A stretch of 64,000 nt of DNA from an uncultured Lachnospiraceae bacterium (GCA_964400145.1 CAYNTF010000001.1:127943-191942); one strand, 5' to 3'; numbered from the stretch's first letter, positions 29,783-39,563 are shown. The notes: generated from the sequence alone by a model not told the origin. Numbers and translations are program-made.

Positions 29783-31210
29783 CTAAAAAAATTTTTTATT
29801 TTTAAGCACCCTTGCCATTCTTTCCTTATCCTTTTGAATTACAGTTTTGCCAACTCGTTCCTTGTTTATTGGTTTTGTCATGAGATAGTATCTCAACTCG
29901 TCAAGACTGTGGTCATCTTTTTTGATTGGCACATCTCCGTCACCCCACCAATAAGACTTGATTTCACGAATCAAATTCACGCAGTTTTTGAAAATGAAAA
30001 GTCGTGCGCGTCCATCCGCATTTTTGAGATATGTTTTCACAACGGATATTCCTGCAAAAAGGTCTTTGTTGACTTTCGAATTCACAATTATGCCGTTGTC
30101 CCTGAAAAGTTCAACCACATTTTTTTCACTTGCAAGTGTTCTCTGATTTGCCGCACTGTCAATCAAAGCGTGAAGATAGCCATAACTGTCTTTATGCCAA
30201 TCCAAGTTCTTGGCAATTTCCTTGATTTTGCTTGCGTGATATTCCACCGTGCGCCCTGCTTCATAGTGTTCTGCCACAACATAAACATTTCCGTCAAAAT
30301 CAATGGCATAGAAATGCGCCGAAAGCGGATTGTGAAGCCCAGGGTCGATGGAGATGTTATCCTGCCACTCTTTTGGAATTTTGAAAGGTGGAATCACATG
30401 AATATTTTCGTCAAATTCGGAATAGACCATTCCACCATTTTGCACAAACTTGCCGTATCTTCTGTTTTCAATTTCGTCGGCTGGCAATGTTTTGGTCAAA
30501 CTATCAACTTCTTTTTGGGATAAAAATGGATTGTCCGCCCACTCCATTGTTTCGCACCAAACTTCGTCATCGGCGCGGTCGTTGAGATAGATTGTGTTAT
30601 ACACCCAAGTCAAACCTTTGAGCGGTGTCATTGTGCCAAAAATTTCTCCGCATCTGTCAAGAACGCGCATCTTGCACTCCAAATATATATCGTATGGCGG
30701 TTCTTCATCAAACCAAACATAGTCCAGCGATGCACCTTGAAATTTCTCTCGACCTTGGTCACAACTTTTGAAACCGATGCGACTTATTCCGCCCGCTTCA
30801 CTTTTGACCAAAATGAAGTCAATAACGCCATTTTCCGCGCTTGATTTATCCCCGCTTACCATGACAATTTGTTCGATATATTGAGGCGGAAGATATTCCA
30901 AAATCTTACGCTGAGCGACATCGCGTTGCACCTGACGCGAAATTGAAACCACCCAACCTTCTGTGACCTTATTCTTTTTGTATGGGTGTCGCCCGCAAGC
31001 GAGATAGACAACCTCAACCGCGCCACACTCAGTCTTACCAGAGCGATTGCCACCAAAAACCCAGCGGTTACGCTTGTTGCACTTGTGGAATTTGATTTGT
31101 TTTTTATGCACCTTTTTTCCTTTGTTATACAAGTTCAATTTGTTCGAACTTGCGCGAAAATTTATTTCTTTTTCCAATTTAAGAATTTTTTTGATTAAAT
31201 AAGTGTCCAT
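29783..31210 (-). CDS. Terminase large subunit
   Basis: Walker A GGNRSGKT, Walker B VWFDEEP, motif C TMTP, nuclease SIDPG and KDDHSLDELRY; RBS GAGG before MDTYL. Confidence 0.92.
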   Translation of the reverse strand: MDTYLIKKILKLEKEINFRASSNKLNLYNKGKKVHKKQIKFHKCNKRNRWVFGGNRSGKTECGAVEVVYLACGRHPYKKNKVTEGWVVSISRQVQRDVAQRKILEYLPPQYIEQIVMVSGDKSSAENGVIDFILVKSEAGGISRIGFKSCDQGREKFQGASLDYVWFDEEPPYDIYLECKMRVLDRCGEIFGTMTPLKGLTWVYNTIYLNDRADDEVWCETMEWADNPFLSQKEVDSLTKTLPADEIENRRYGKFVQNGGMVYSEFDENIHVIPPFKIPKEWQDNISIDPGLHNPLSAHFYAIDFDGNVYVVAEHYEAGRTVEYHASKIKEIAKNLDWHKDSYGYLHALIDSAANQRTLASEKNVVELFRDNGIIVNSKVNKDLFAGISVVKTYLKNADGRARLFIFKNCVNLIREIKSYWWGDGDVPIKKDDHSLDELRYYLMTKPINKERVGKTVIQKDKERMARVLKNKKFF

Positions 31211-31327
31211 ATAAACCTCGAATGAAACAATTTGATTTATTGACAAATTACAAAAACAATTAAAAAAAACAAATAAAAGACAAAAATCTCTTATTCATTA
31301 ACATAAAATATCGATTAAAATGGTTGC

Positions 31328-32110
31328 ATGAAAAAACTTTTCTTTTGTATTTTCACAGTTTTCGCAATCATCAACTTCTTTCCAACAGACTTTGCGTATG
31401 CCGAAAGTTCAGATGTTTTTTATGCGAAAGTTCAAAGCACGGGAGTTTATTTTTGCTCATTGCCAAGCGAAAATTCAGCACTCTTTGAATTGCCATATTC
31501 CTATTTTGTCAAGGTGGACTATGTTGTCGACGACTTCTACAAAGTGACCTACAAAGACCTTGAAGGCTATGTCAAAAAGTCGGAAGTCACACTGATGAGC
31601 GGACAGCCAACAAGTCCATACGCCACCGCAACCTTTTCGATGTATGTGGCAACATCTTTATATGAAAGCGCCAGCACTTCTTCAACCGCCATTACAAGTC
31701 TTGACACAAGTTCAACGCTGACATACTACGGCATAAAAATCGGCGAACAAGTTCAGGATGTAAGCAGTTGGTATTATGCCAGCATGACAACAAATGGGCA
31801 AACATATCACGGTTATGTTCTTTCTGCCATTGTCGCCCTTCTCACAACAATCCCAACAAACACAGAATTTTTTGACATTGTTGAAGAGAGTGCCTTGACA
31901 GGTTCGACAGGTTCGGATTTTTCTGGCTTATCCACAGGCACGCAAATTATGTTGATTGTGGCGATTGGAATTCCAAGTTTGCTGATTTTATATTTTTTAA
32001 TCAAGCCGTCAAGAATTATGCAAGTGACCCAAACAAAAAACAAGGTCAAGAAGGAGAAACGCCGCATTCAACATGGAGATTATTTTGAGTTTGACGAAAG
32101 CGAACTTTGA
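31328..32110 (+). CDS. Exported SH3-like domain protein with C-terminal membrane anchor
   Basis: Signal peptide (AYA), FYKVTY..EGYV and WYY..HGYV SH3b-like strands, C-terminal TM. Confidence 0.65.
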   Translation: MKKLFFCIFTVFAIINFFPTDFAYAESSDVFYAKVQSTGVYFCSLPSENSALFELPYSYFVKVDYVVDDFYKVTYKDLEGYVKKSEVTLMSGQPTSPYATATFSMYVATSLYESASTSSTAITSLDTSSTLTYYGIKIGEQVQDVSSWYYASMTTNGQTYHGYVLSAIVALLTTIPTNTEFFDIVEESALTGSTGSDFSGLSTGTQIMLIVAIGIPSLLILYFLIKPSRIMQVTQTKNKVKKEKRRIQHGDYFEFDESEL

Positions 32111-32123
32111 CAAGGTAAAATCA

Positions 32124-32648
32124 TCACATTGAAACTGCTTTTTCAAGAAAAATGTTGGATAAAACCAAATCTTCGTCATTTTTGTCCGAAAATCGCATAA
32201 AAACATTTTTAATCCAGCCTTCATTGTTAAGCATGTTTGACAGAGTGGCATCGGAATATCCTTTCATGGCAAGGCAACTTGAAAAAGACTTCAAAGCGCC
32301 GTCAATACGCCTGAACATTGTGCGCATACTCACTCCATGAGCATTCACCAAATCTTTTGTTTTGACACCATCGAAAAACTTTTCAATCAAAATTTGCGCA
32401 TCGTTTTCGTCGATATCTTTAAGGACATCTTCAATAAGCACTTTGAGATTGATGAGTGTAACTTTCCGCTCCGACAGGTCGATAATCTTTTGTGAAATTG
32501 CATAAACATTGTTGGAATAATAATTTTGCCCCGAAACAAAACCACTGTTCAATCCACTTTGTAAAATAATCTTGTCAATCGCCCCAGCGATACGCTCCAA
32601 ATATCTATACACAGTCAGCAGTGTTTTTGTCCATAGACAGTTTTTCAT
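32124..32648 (-). CDS. RinA/ArpU-like (sigma region-4-type HTH) transcriptional activator
   Basis: 174 aa: coiled coil, then IEDVLKDIDENDAQILIEKFFDG..LVNAHGVSMRTMFRRIDGAL. Confidence 0.6.
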   Translation of the reverse strand: MKNCLWTKTLLTVYRYLERIAGAIDKIILQSGLNSGFVSGQNYYSNNVYAISQKIIDLSERKVTLINLKVLIEDVLKDIDENDAQILIEKFFDGVKTKDLVNAHGVSMRTMFRRIDGALKSFSSCLAMKGYSDATLSNMLNNEGWIKNVFMRFSDKNDEDLVLSNIFLEKAVSM

Positions 32649-32666
32649 GAAATTTTCTCCTTTTAT

Positions 32667-32797
32667 AAATTATTTGTGTTAAATCACACAATAATTTTAA
32701 GAATAAAAATTTCAATAGTCAAATCTTACTGCCAACTTTTTTAAGTATTTTACAATATTTTACAATTATTGACAAAAATGCCGTCACAATGCCGTCA
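32667..32797 (-). promoter_or_regulatory. SigA promoter with overlapping palindromic operator and upstream direct repeats
   Basis: TTGACT-N17-TAAAAT (32694-32722); TTGTG-N8-CACAA (32674-32691) over the start site; TATTTTACAA x2 and AATGCCGTCA x2 upstream. Confidence 0.65.
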
Positions 32798-32926
32798 AAA
32801 ACCAACCTTTACAAAGAAGAAAAGGTTGGAAGTGGTCGCCAAATTTAATTTTGGTCATTTCAACTGTTCATTCAAATTCTTTACCGACCAAATTCACGAA
32901 AACTTTATTTATTTTGGCTATTTTTC

Positions 32927-33877
32927 TTATTTCTTATTTTTCTTTTTATCTCTCTTTGCTTGTCTTTTATCTTGCTTGGCTTTCTTTTTGTCAGCCTTTA
33001 ACTTCTTTTTGAGCGCCTTACCTGTCAACTCTGGCTCTGGCAAACTTTCTTTCAAAATTCCTGGATTTTCAATAAATTTCATAAGAAGTTTCAAACTGTT
33101 GGAATAATAAAGTCCGTCGCAAACGCGTTCGTCAAGAGAGAAACGCAAATTCATTTGCTTTGCAACTTTGATTTCGCCGTCACGATTTGCCACAGGTGCA
33201 TAAAACATCTTGCCCATAGTTCCAAAAATTGTTGTGTTGCCAAAATTGTATAGATGATGATAGAGTGCATCAAGTTTGATGCTTCTCAAATCTGCAACAT
33301 ACACGCTTGTGTGGAAAGGACTTGCGTCAATAAGTTTTCTTGGAAGCAAGTTGTGCTTATCTCCCCAGCGTATGGTTGCCATGGCAAGTTTGAACATCCA
33401 ATTTGGAAGTTTACACAAAGCCCCCGCCACTTTTGTTGTTTTATGCGACTCATCTGCTGCCGCCAAACTTTTGGCAATTTCGTTACGAACAATCTTACTA
33501 ACTTCTTCCAAACTCTCGCGACCCGTGAAAAACATTTTGAGCGTGATTTCTTCGCCGTCATCTGTTAATTGCTTCATTATACTCATTGAAATTGAAATAT
33601 ATTTGCGTTGATAAATCACGCAGTTGTTGACAAATCTGTTTGTCTTTGGGCGTTGATATAACATTCTCACGCACGCCGCAATCAAAATTTCGGTGTAGCT
33701 GTAATGAACGCCTGAATTCTTTTTTTCTTCCAAAATAAATTTGTCGATATTTTCGACATTAACCGCCTGTTCATACAAATTGACAGCGTCAATTCTCTCC
33801 GGCATGAAATATGAAATTGCTTTGTCGATGATGAGTAAGTTCTTAACTTTAACTCCGTCTGCTCTTTTTCCAAACAT
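32927..33877 (-). CDS. Stand-alone 2-oxoacid dehydrogenase acyltransferase-domain protein
   Basis: RPKTNRFV, LYHHLYNFG, SLDERVCDG (DHRxxDG-like); no lipoyl domain. Confidence 0.75.
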   Translation of the reverse strand: MFGKRADGVKVKNLLIIDKAISYFMPERIDAVNLYEQAVNVENIDKFILEEKKNSGVHYSYTEILIAACVRMLYQRPKTNRFVNNCVIYQRKYISISMSIMKQLTDDGEEITLKMFFTGRESLEEVSKIVRNEIAKSLAAADESHKTTKVAGALCKLPNWMFKLAMATIRWGDKHNLLPRKLIDASPFHTSVYVADLRSIKLDALYHHLYNFGNTTIFGTMGKMFYAPVANRDGEIKVAKQMNLRFSLDERVCDGLYYSNSLKLLMKFIENPGILKESLPEPELTGKALKKKLKADKKKAKQDKRQAKRDKKKNKK

Positions 33878-33991
33878 AAATTTTCTCCCTTATTTTTTCT
33901 ATGATTTTTTTTTGATAGTTCATTTGCTTAATTCTTGATTTTATTTTCTCTTTTTGTCGATTTAACTTATTTATTATTTCGACTTTTTTCG

Positions 33992-35290
33992 TCAACTTGA
34001 CAACTTGTCATTTTTTGGTTTAAAACCGTTTTTTGCAAACTTTTTTCGCACCAAGTTCTTTTCACGACCATTTTCGCTTGGAACATAATAAATTCTGTCC
34101 TTTAATTTATCGGGCATATATTGTTGCTCACAATAACCGCCATAGTCGTGCGGATATTTATATTTCCCATGCCCGTCTTTGTTCGTGCTTGGGTGATTTT
34201 TAAGATGATTGGGCACAATGTCTTCACGCTCATTTTCGGCATCGGCCATTGCCATATGCATCGCGTTCAAAACACTGTTCGACTTTTCTGCCTCGCACAA
34301 ATATACGATTGCATGCGACAAGTTTAGATAACATTCTGGTGCTCCATTTTTCTCGCAAGCATACATCGCACAACATGCCATAAGAAGCGCATTGCTGTCC
34401 GCCATTCCAATATCTTCTGACGCGTGCGCAATCATTCTTCTGGCGATAATCGTTGGGTCAATGCCCGCTTTCAAAAGTCTGTGAGCATAATAAAGAGCAC
34501 CTTCTGTGTCTGACCCCCGCAAACTCTTGCAAAAAGCGGAAAGATAGTCATAATACATTGATTCATCGATTGAAAGCGGTCTTTGATTTAGACACTCCGC
34601 CATTGCTTCTTTGTCGATATGGATGAATTTATCCTTCCCCACTTTTGTGGAAAGCACAGCAAGTTCCAAACTATTAAGCGCCTGCCTGACATCTCCGTTA
34701 CACGCAAAAGCAAGATATTTGATTGCGTCTTCGTCGACTTTGGTTTTGAAATTTCCAAGTCCTTTTTCTGTGTCAGAAAGTGCTCGCCTGAGAACTTTCT
34801 CGACATCTTTTTCGGAAACTTTTTTAAATTCAAAGATTGTGCAACGCGAAACAATCGCACGCGTCATGCTGGTGTATGGATTTTCAGTCGTCGAGCCAAT
34901 GAAATAGATGTCCCCCTGTTCAATCGCTTGCAAAACACAATCACTTTGCGCTTTGTTCCAGCGATGACATTCGTCAAGAAGAAGATATGTATCCGTTCCG
35001 AACATTTGTTTTTGAGAACGCGCACGCTCAATCACCGCCTTGGCATCTGACACACCACTTGAAACAGCGTTAAGTTTTTCGATGTTTGCATTCAACATTT
35101 TGGCGATAATTCCAGCAAGAGTCGTTTTGCCCGTGCCTGGCGGACCATAAAAAATGCAAGACCCAACACTGCCCGTTGAAATCGCGCGATATAACAACTT
35201 GTTTTTCCCCACGATATGCTCTTGCCCAACAAAGTCATCAAAAGAAGTTGCTCTCATCCGTTCAGCAAGAGGAATTCTCTGTCCACTCAC
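33992..35290 (-). CDS. rarA: Replication-associated recombination protein RarA/MgsA
   Basis: PLAERMR, GPPGTGKTT, LDECHRWNKAQ, STTENP, KSLRGSD, ASEDIG, YKYPHDY; start moved to GTG 35290 (leaderless). Confidence 0.93.
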   Translation of the reverse strand: MSGQRIPLAERMRATSFDDFVGQEHIVGKNKLLYRAISTGSVGSCIFYGPPGTGKTTLAGIIAKMLNANIEKLNAVSSGVSDAKAVIERARSQKQMFGTDTYLLLDECHRWNKAQSDCVLQAIEQGDIYFIGSTTENPYTSMTRAIVSRCTIFEFKKVSEKDVEKVLRRALSDTEKGLGNFKTKVDEDAIKYLAFACNGDVRQALNSLELAVLSTKVGKDKFIHIDKEAMAECLNQRPLSIDESMYYDYLSAFCKSLRGSDTEGALYYAHRLLKAGIDPTIIARRMIAHASEDIGMADSNALLMACCAMYACEKNGAPECYLNLSHAIVYLCEAEKSNSVLNAMHMAMADAENEREDIVPNHLKNHPSTNKDGHGKYKYPHDYGGYCEQQYMPDKLKDRIYYVPSENGREKNLVRKKFAKNGFKPKNDKLSS

Positions 35291-35615
35291 AAAGAGAGTA
35301 TAACAAAAATTTTCAAACTTTTCCAAACAAATTAATTAAAAAAATTTAATTATTTTTTAAGAATTAAAAAATCAACAAGAAGATTTTTCTGGATAATCAA
35401 AATATTCTTCCAAAATATACCCTCAAATATATTTTGACTTATTCCTTGATGACATGCAAAAAAACAAACGCAAGTGCTCCGTTCTCAACAAAATTGATTT
35501 GGCAAAAAAAACAAAGATTGCAAAAATATCAAGAAAACTTGCCGAATAACTTGACTTATTTTTCAGTTTGGTGTTTAATTATTGAATAAGAAAACAACAA
35601 AAGTGGGTGAAAAAT

Positions 35616-36905
35616 ATGATAGACATAAACTTAATCAGAACAAACAAAGACCTTGTCAAAGAGAACATAAAAAAGAAATTTCAAGACGAAAAATTGCCAC
35701 TTGTCGACGAAGTGGAAGAGTTGGACAAGAAATCTCGTGCACTCAAACAAGAGGGCGATTCTTTGCGTGCCAGCCGAAACACGCTTTCATCGAAAATCGG
35801 CGCATTGATGAAAGAGAAAAAAGTGGAAGAAGCCAATCAAATCAAAGAACAGGTTCGAAAGAACAACGAGCGTATTGCCGAAATTGAGAAGGAAGAAGAA
35901 GCACTTTCCGCCAAAATTCGCAAAATTATGCTCACCATTCCAAACATAATAGACAAAAGTGTGCCAATCGGAAAGGATGACAGCGAAAATGTTGAAGTTG
36001 AAAAATTTGGAGACCCTGTTGTTCCTGCGTATGAAGTTCCATACCATGCCGATATATTGGCAAATCTCAATGGCATAGACAAAGAAAGTGCTGGCAGAAC
36101 AAGTGGAGAAGGGTTCTATTATCTCATTGGGGATGTCGCCCGCCTTCACGAAGCCATGATTGCATATGGTCGCGATTACATGATTGACCATGGTTTCACA
36201 TACTGCATTCCACCTTTCATGATAAGAGGCGATGTTGTTGACGGAGTTATGAGTTTTGCCGAAATGGAAGCAATGATGTATAAAATTGAAGGGCAAGATT
36301 TATATCTTGTCGGCACAAGCGAACATTCCATGATTGGAAAATTTAAGGGACAAATCATAAACGAGAATGACCTTCCAATCACAATGACTTCATATTCCCC
36401 TTGTTTCAGAAAAGAAGGCGGTTCTCATGGACTTGAAGAGCGCGGGCTTTATCGCGTTCACCAATTTGAAAAGCAAGAGATGATTGTCATTTGCAAACCA
36501 GAAGAAAGTATGGATTGGTATGAAAAAATGTGGAAATATACCGTTGAAATTTTCCGCAATCTGAATATACCTGTTCGTCAACTTGAATGTTGCAGTGGTG
36601 ACTTGGCAGATTTAAAAGTGAAAAGTTGCGACATTGAAGCGTGGAGCCCAAGACAAAAGAAATATTTTGAAGTTGGCTCATGCAGCAACCTAAGTGATGC
36701 ACAGGCACGCCGTTTGTCCATAAGAGCGAAAGGCGAAAAAGGAACATATCTTTTGCACACACTCAACAACACAGTGCTTGCCACCCCTCGCGCATTGATA
36801 GCCTTTGTGGAAAACAACTATCAACCTGATGGCTCAATTTCCATTCCAAAAGCACTTCAAGCATATATGGGCGGAAAAGAAAAACTTGAACCAAAGAAAA
36901 AATAG
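35616..36905 (+). CDS. serS: Serine-tRNA ligase
   Basis: Coiled-coil arm, GTSEH, CFRKEGG, RVHQFEKQE, EVGSCSN, HTLNNT. Confidence 0.96.
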   Translation: MIDINLIRTNKDLVKENIKKKFQDEKLPLVDEVEELDKKSRALKQEGDSLRASRNTLSSKIGALMKEKKVEEANQIKEQVRKNNERIAEIEKEEEALSAKIRKIMLTIPNIIDKSVPIGKDDSENVEVEKFGDPVVPAYEVPYHADILANLNGIDKESAGRTSGEGFYYLIGDVARLHEAMIAYGRDYMIDHGFTYCIPPFMIRGDVVDGVMSFAEMEAMMYKIEGQDLYLVGTSEHSMIGKFKGQIINENDLPITMTSYSPCFRKEGGSHGLEERGLYRVHQFEKQEMIVICKPEESMDWYEKMWKYTVEIFRNLNIPVRQLECCSGDLADLKVKSCDIEAWSPRQKKYFEVGSCSNLSDAQARRLSIRAKGEKGTYLLHTLNNTVLATPRALIAFVENNYQPDGSISIPKALQAYMGGKEKLEPKKK

Positions 36906-37234
36906 GAAGCAACATTCATCCAAAAATTGAAATGCGCAAAGTGACACAATGTTCACTCAGTTATTGTAAGTTTTGAGCAATATTGAGTTATAGCAATATT
37001 GCGTCATATAAAATTTGAACAATTCCTAGAAAACAACAAAAAAAAGGCACAAAGAAATTTGTGTCAATTTTTTTATGCCCCGCATAAATATTGGTATGGA
37101 AGAAAAAGAGAAAAAATCAAATATAAAAATAATTTGCGTGAAAGCACCAAAGTGGACAGTTCCATTTTTGAAAATGTTTTACAAAAAAGAAATCAAAGAC
37201 GAGTGAAATTGTTAACTTTTCAATTTTTGAGAAT

Positions 37235-37295
37235 TCATAACACACTAAATGTGGTGTATTATGACGCATACCACACAACATTCGGTGTATTATGC
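37235..37295. repeat. Dispersed palindromic repeat, copy 3 (contains the trxB stop codon)
   Basis: ACACTAAATGTGGTGT (37242-37257) + ATTATGACGCATACC + ACACAACATTCGGTGT (37273-37288). Confidence 0.85.
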
Positions 37296-38183
37296 AAGAT
37301 TTCCAGCAATCGCACCATCACCACACGCAGTGATGATTTGTTTCAACTGCTTTGACCTTACATCACCCACAGCAAACACTCCATCAACTGAAGTGCACAT
37401 ATTTTCGTCCGTGACAATAAAGCCCTTATTGTCCAATTTAAGCCCGCCAAAAATCTGTGGCTTTTTGCCAAGTTCCACAAAAAGCGCATCGACATCAATC
37501 TTCTTGGCTTTGCCAGCAATTTCAACATCAAGACTTCTGACAATATCATCCCCCAAAACTTTTTTTATCTTAACATTGGAAACGATGTCGATTTTTTTAT
37601 TTTTATTTGCACCCGCAAATATGCTCAAATCACCCGAATCTAAAATTGTCACCTTTGAACAAATCTCAGAGAGAAAGATGGCGTCCTTGATGCCACTTCC
37701 ATCGGCGCTCGCCACACACACAGATTTATTTTTATAAAAATTCGCATCGCAAACAGCACAGTAACTCACCCCACGCCCAAGGTATTCGTTTTCTCCAATG
37801 CCCAACTCCACATAAGAAAGCCCCGTTGCAATGATGACACTCTTTCCCGCATATTCAGCCTTTTTGCCTTTCAAAACTTTGACATCACTGGTCAAATCAA
37901 CAGGCACAACATCATCATAAATCACTTCAACGCCCAAAGTTTTGATTTGTTTTGACAACATTTGTGAAAGCGTTATGCCGTCAATCAGAGTTTGCGATGG
38001 AAAATTTTCGATTTTCACAATCGAATTAACCTGTCCACCAAGTGCGAATTTCTCAATTATCGCAACCTTTTTTCCGCGACGAACAGCATATAACCCCGCC
38101 GTCATCCCCGCTGGTCCGCCACCAATAATCAAAACATCGAACATTTTTTTGTCCACTTTTTCATTTTCCAAATCATTTTTCAT
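37290..38183 (-). CDS. trxB: Thioredoxin reductase
   Basis: IIGGGPAG, GVSYCAVCD, GVFAVGDV, QIITACGDG. Confidence 0.9.
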   Translation of the reverse strand: MKNDLENEKVDKKMFDVLIIGGGPAGMTAGLYAVRRGKKVAIIEKFALGGQVNSIVKIENFPSQTLIDGITLSQMLSKQIKTLGVEVIYDDVVPVDLTSDVKVLKGKKAEYAGKSVIIATGLSYVELGIGENEYLGRGVSYCAVCDANFYKNKSVCVASADGSGIKDAIFLSEICSKVTILDSGDLSIFAGANKNKKIDIVSNVKIKKVLGDDIVRSLDVEIAGKAKKIDVDALFVELGKKPQIFGGLKLDNKGFIVTDENMCTSVDGVFAVGDVRSKQLKQIITACGDGAIAGNLA

Positions 38184-38408
38184 ATAAACATAATATCACA
38201 AAACATTCATTTTTCAAAACCTTTAAACAAAAATATTTCAGTTCGCCTTCAAAAAAAACACTTAAACATAAATGAAATAAAAGTAATATAAACAAAAACA
38301 GACGGCAAATTAATCAACCGATTAAAAAATCTCACTTCAAATAATTTACTTAATCGATTAAAAATTTCTCACATAACCGTTTCCAAAATTTACATTTAAC
38401 GAAGTGAC

Positions 38409-38440
38409 AAAAAAATAAGAGAGCGAACTCTCTTATTTTT
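38409..38440 (-). terminator. rplS terminator
   Basis: AAAAATAAGAGAG-CGAA-CTCTCTTATTTTT. Confidence 0.85.
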
Positions 38441-38493
38441 ATCTCATTTACTTTCTTATACCTATTTTTACTTGTTTTTCTTAATAACTCTGT

Positions 38494-38844
38494 TTACTTG
38501 TTGTCTGCTGATTTAACTTTTGCCGCCTTGCCTGTGAGTTCTCTTACATAATAGAGTTTTGCTCTTCTTGGCTTACCCTTTCTCACAACTTCAATAGTTG
38601 CGATTTTTGGTGAATGAATTGGAAAAGTTTTTTCAACGCCCACACCGTATGAAATCTTACGAACTGTGAAAGTTTCTCTTATTCCACCATTCTTTCTGGC
38701 AATGACAACACCTTCAAAGGCCTGCAATCTTTCTTTGTCACCTTCTTTAATCTTGACAGTCACTTTCACAGTGTCGCCAACACCAAATTCAGGGATGTTT
38801 TCTTTCATGCCTTCTCTTTCGAGTTGATCAATGATATTTGCCAT
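38494..38844 (-). CDS. rplS: 50S ribosomal protein L19
   Basis: [44 protein letters not shown]. Confidence 0.98.
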   Translation of the reverse strand: MANIIDQLEREGMKENIPEFGVGDTVKVTVKIKEGDKERLQAFEGVVIARKNGGIRETFTVRKISYGVGVEKTFPIHSPKIATIEVVRKGKPRRAKLYYVRELTGKAAKVKSADNK

Positions 38845-38875
38845 GACTTATCTCCTTTTTTCAGATTTTCGACAT

Positions 38876-38909
38876 GATGTTCATACGACAAAAGCCCAGC
38901 GGAGCATCC
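38876..38909 (-). ncRNA. L19 leader (autoregulatory hairpin)
   Basis: GATGCTCCGCTG...TGAACATC stem with CCGCU bulge, between promoter and rplS RBS. Confidence 0.7.
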
Positions 38910-39161
38910 GAAGTCTTGTTAATTATATCACACATCACAATCAAAAATCAAGCGTTTTGGCAAACTTTTTTATAATTTGTCAAAATTTTCTGAAAACATC
39001 TAATATAAACAACTTCTTTCAACTTAAAATTTTATCGCCACAAAAAAACAATCAAGTCGACAAACTTAAATCAACAAAGAAGAAATCAAAAGTCGTAAAG
39101 TTGCTTGATTACGCTCATTAAAGCAGTTTCTTCCACTCAAACTCACTCACAACACAGCAAC

Positions 39162-39563
39162 TCAGTGAACAAGCACCGTAATTTCTTTCTCTCTATTTTC
39201 AACTTTTTGAACTTTATGCTTATGATTTTCGTTATATATGTCAGCCCAATCTTTGCCATCATGGTTTTTGATTAAACACTCTGGCTTATCAGCCACCATG
39301 GCAAGCACTTTTTCCAAACCATACTCTGCCGCCCAATTCAAACAAGTGTTTCCGTGCTCATTTTGAATTTTGAAACATTCTTTGTTCATCTTATAGCACT
39401 CAATAAGTGCCTCTTCACAGCCCATCAAAGCCATATAATGAGCAAAAGTGTTACCTTCTTTGTCTTGAATCACCAACAAATCAGGATTTTTCTTGGCAAA
39501 AACAACGAAATCACTTTCTGACTTTTGCCCAAATTTTTGAATAAATAAGCCTACCCCTGTCAT
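39162..39563 (-). CDS. Small ankyrin-repeat protein
   Basis: QDKEGNTFAHY, QNEHGNTCLNWAAEYG, KNHDGKDWAD; promoter TTGAAT-N17-TATAAT and GGAGGT RBS. Confidence 0.75.
   Translation of the reverse strand: MTGVGLFIQKFGQKSESDFVVFAKKNPDLLVIQDKEGNTFAHYMALMGCEEALIECYKMNKECFKIQNEHGNTCLNWAAEYGLEKVLAMVADKPECLIKNHDGKDWADIYNENHKHKVQKVENREKEITVLVH

Larger units (their letters stand above)
15127..32648 (-). mobile_element. Split, domesticated phage-derived packaging/head module (GTA-like), interleaved with host genes
   Basis: TerS, portal, scaffold, capsid, adaptor, nozzle and holins (15127-22414) plus TerL (29783-31210) and a late-activator-like gene (32124-32648); no integrase, att repeats or replication genes seen. 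Confidence 0.65.

Noticed and set aside
15127-32648. Ordinary intact or recently decayed prophage
   Set aside because: No integrase, att repeats, repressor or replication genes; host genes on both strands interrupt the module; remaining ORFs show no frameshifts. Not fully excluded without comparative data.
35330-35600. T-box upstream of serS
   Set aside because: No GGTGGNACC T-box sequence, specifier loop or terminator visible
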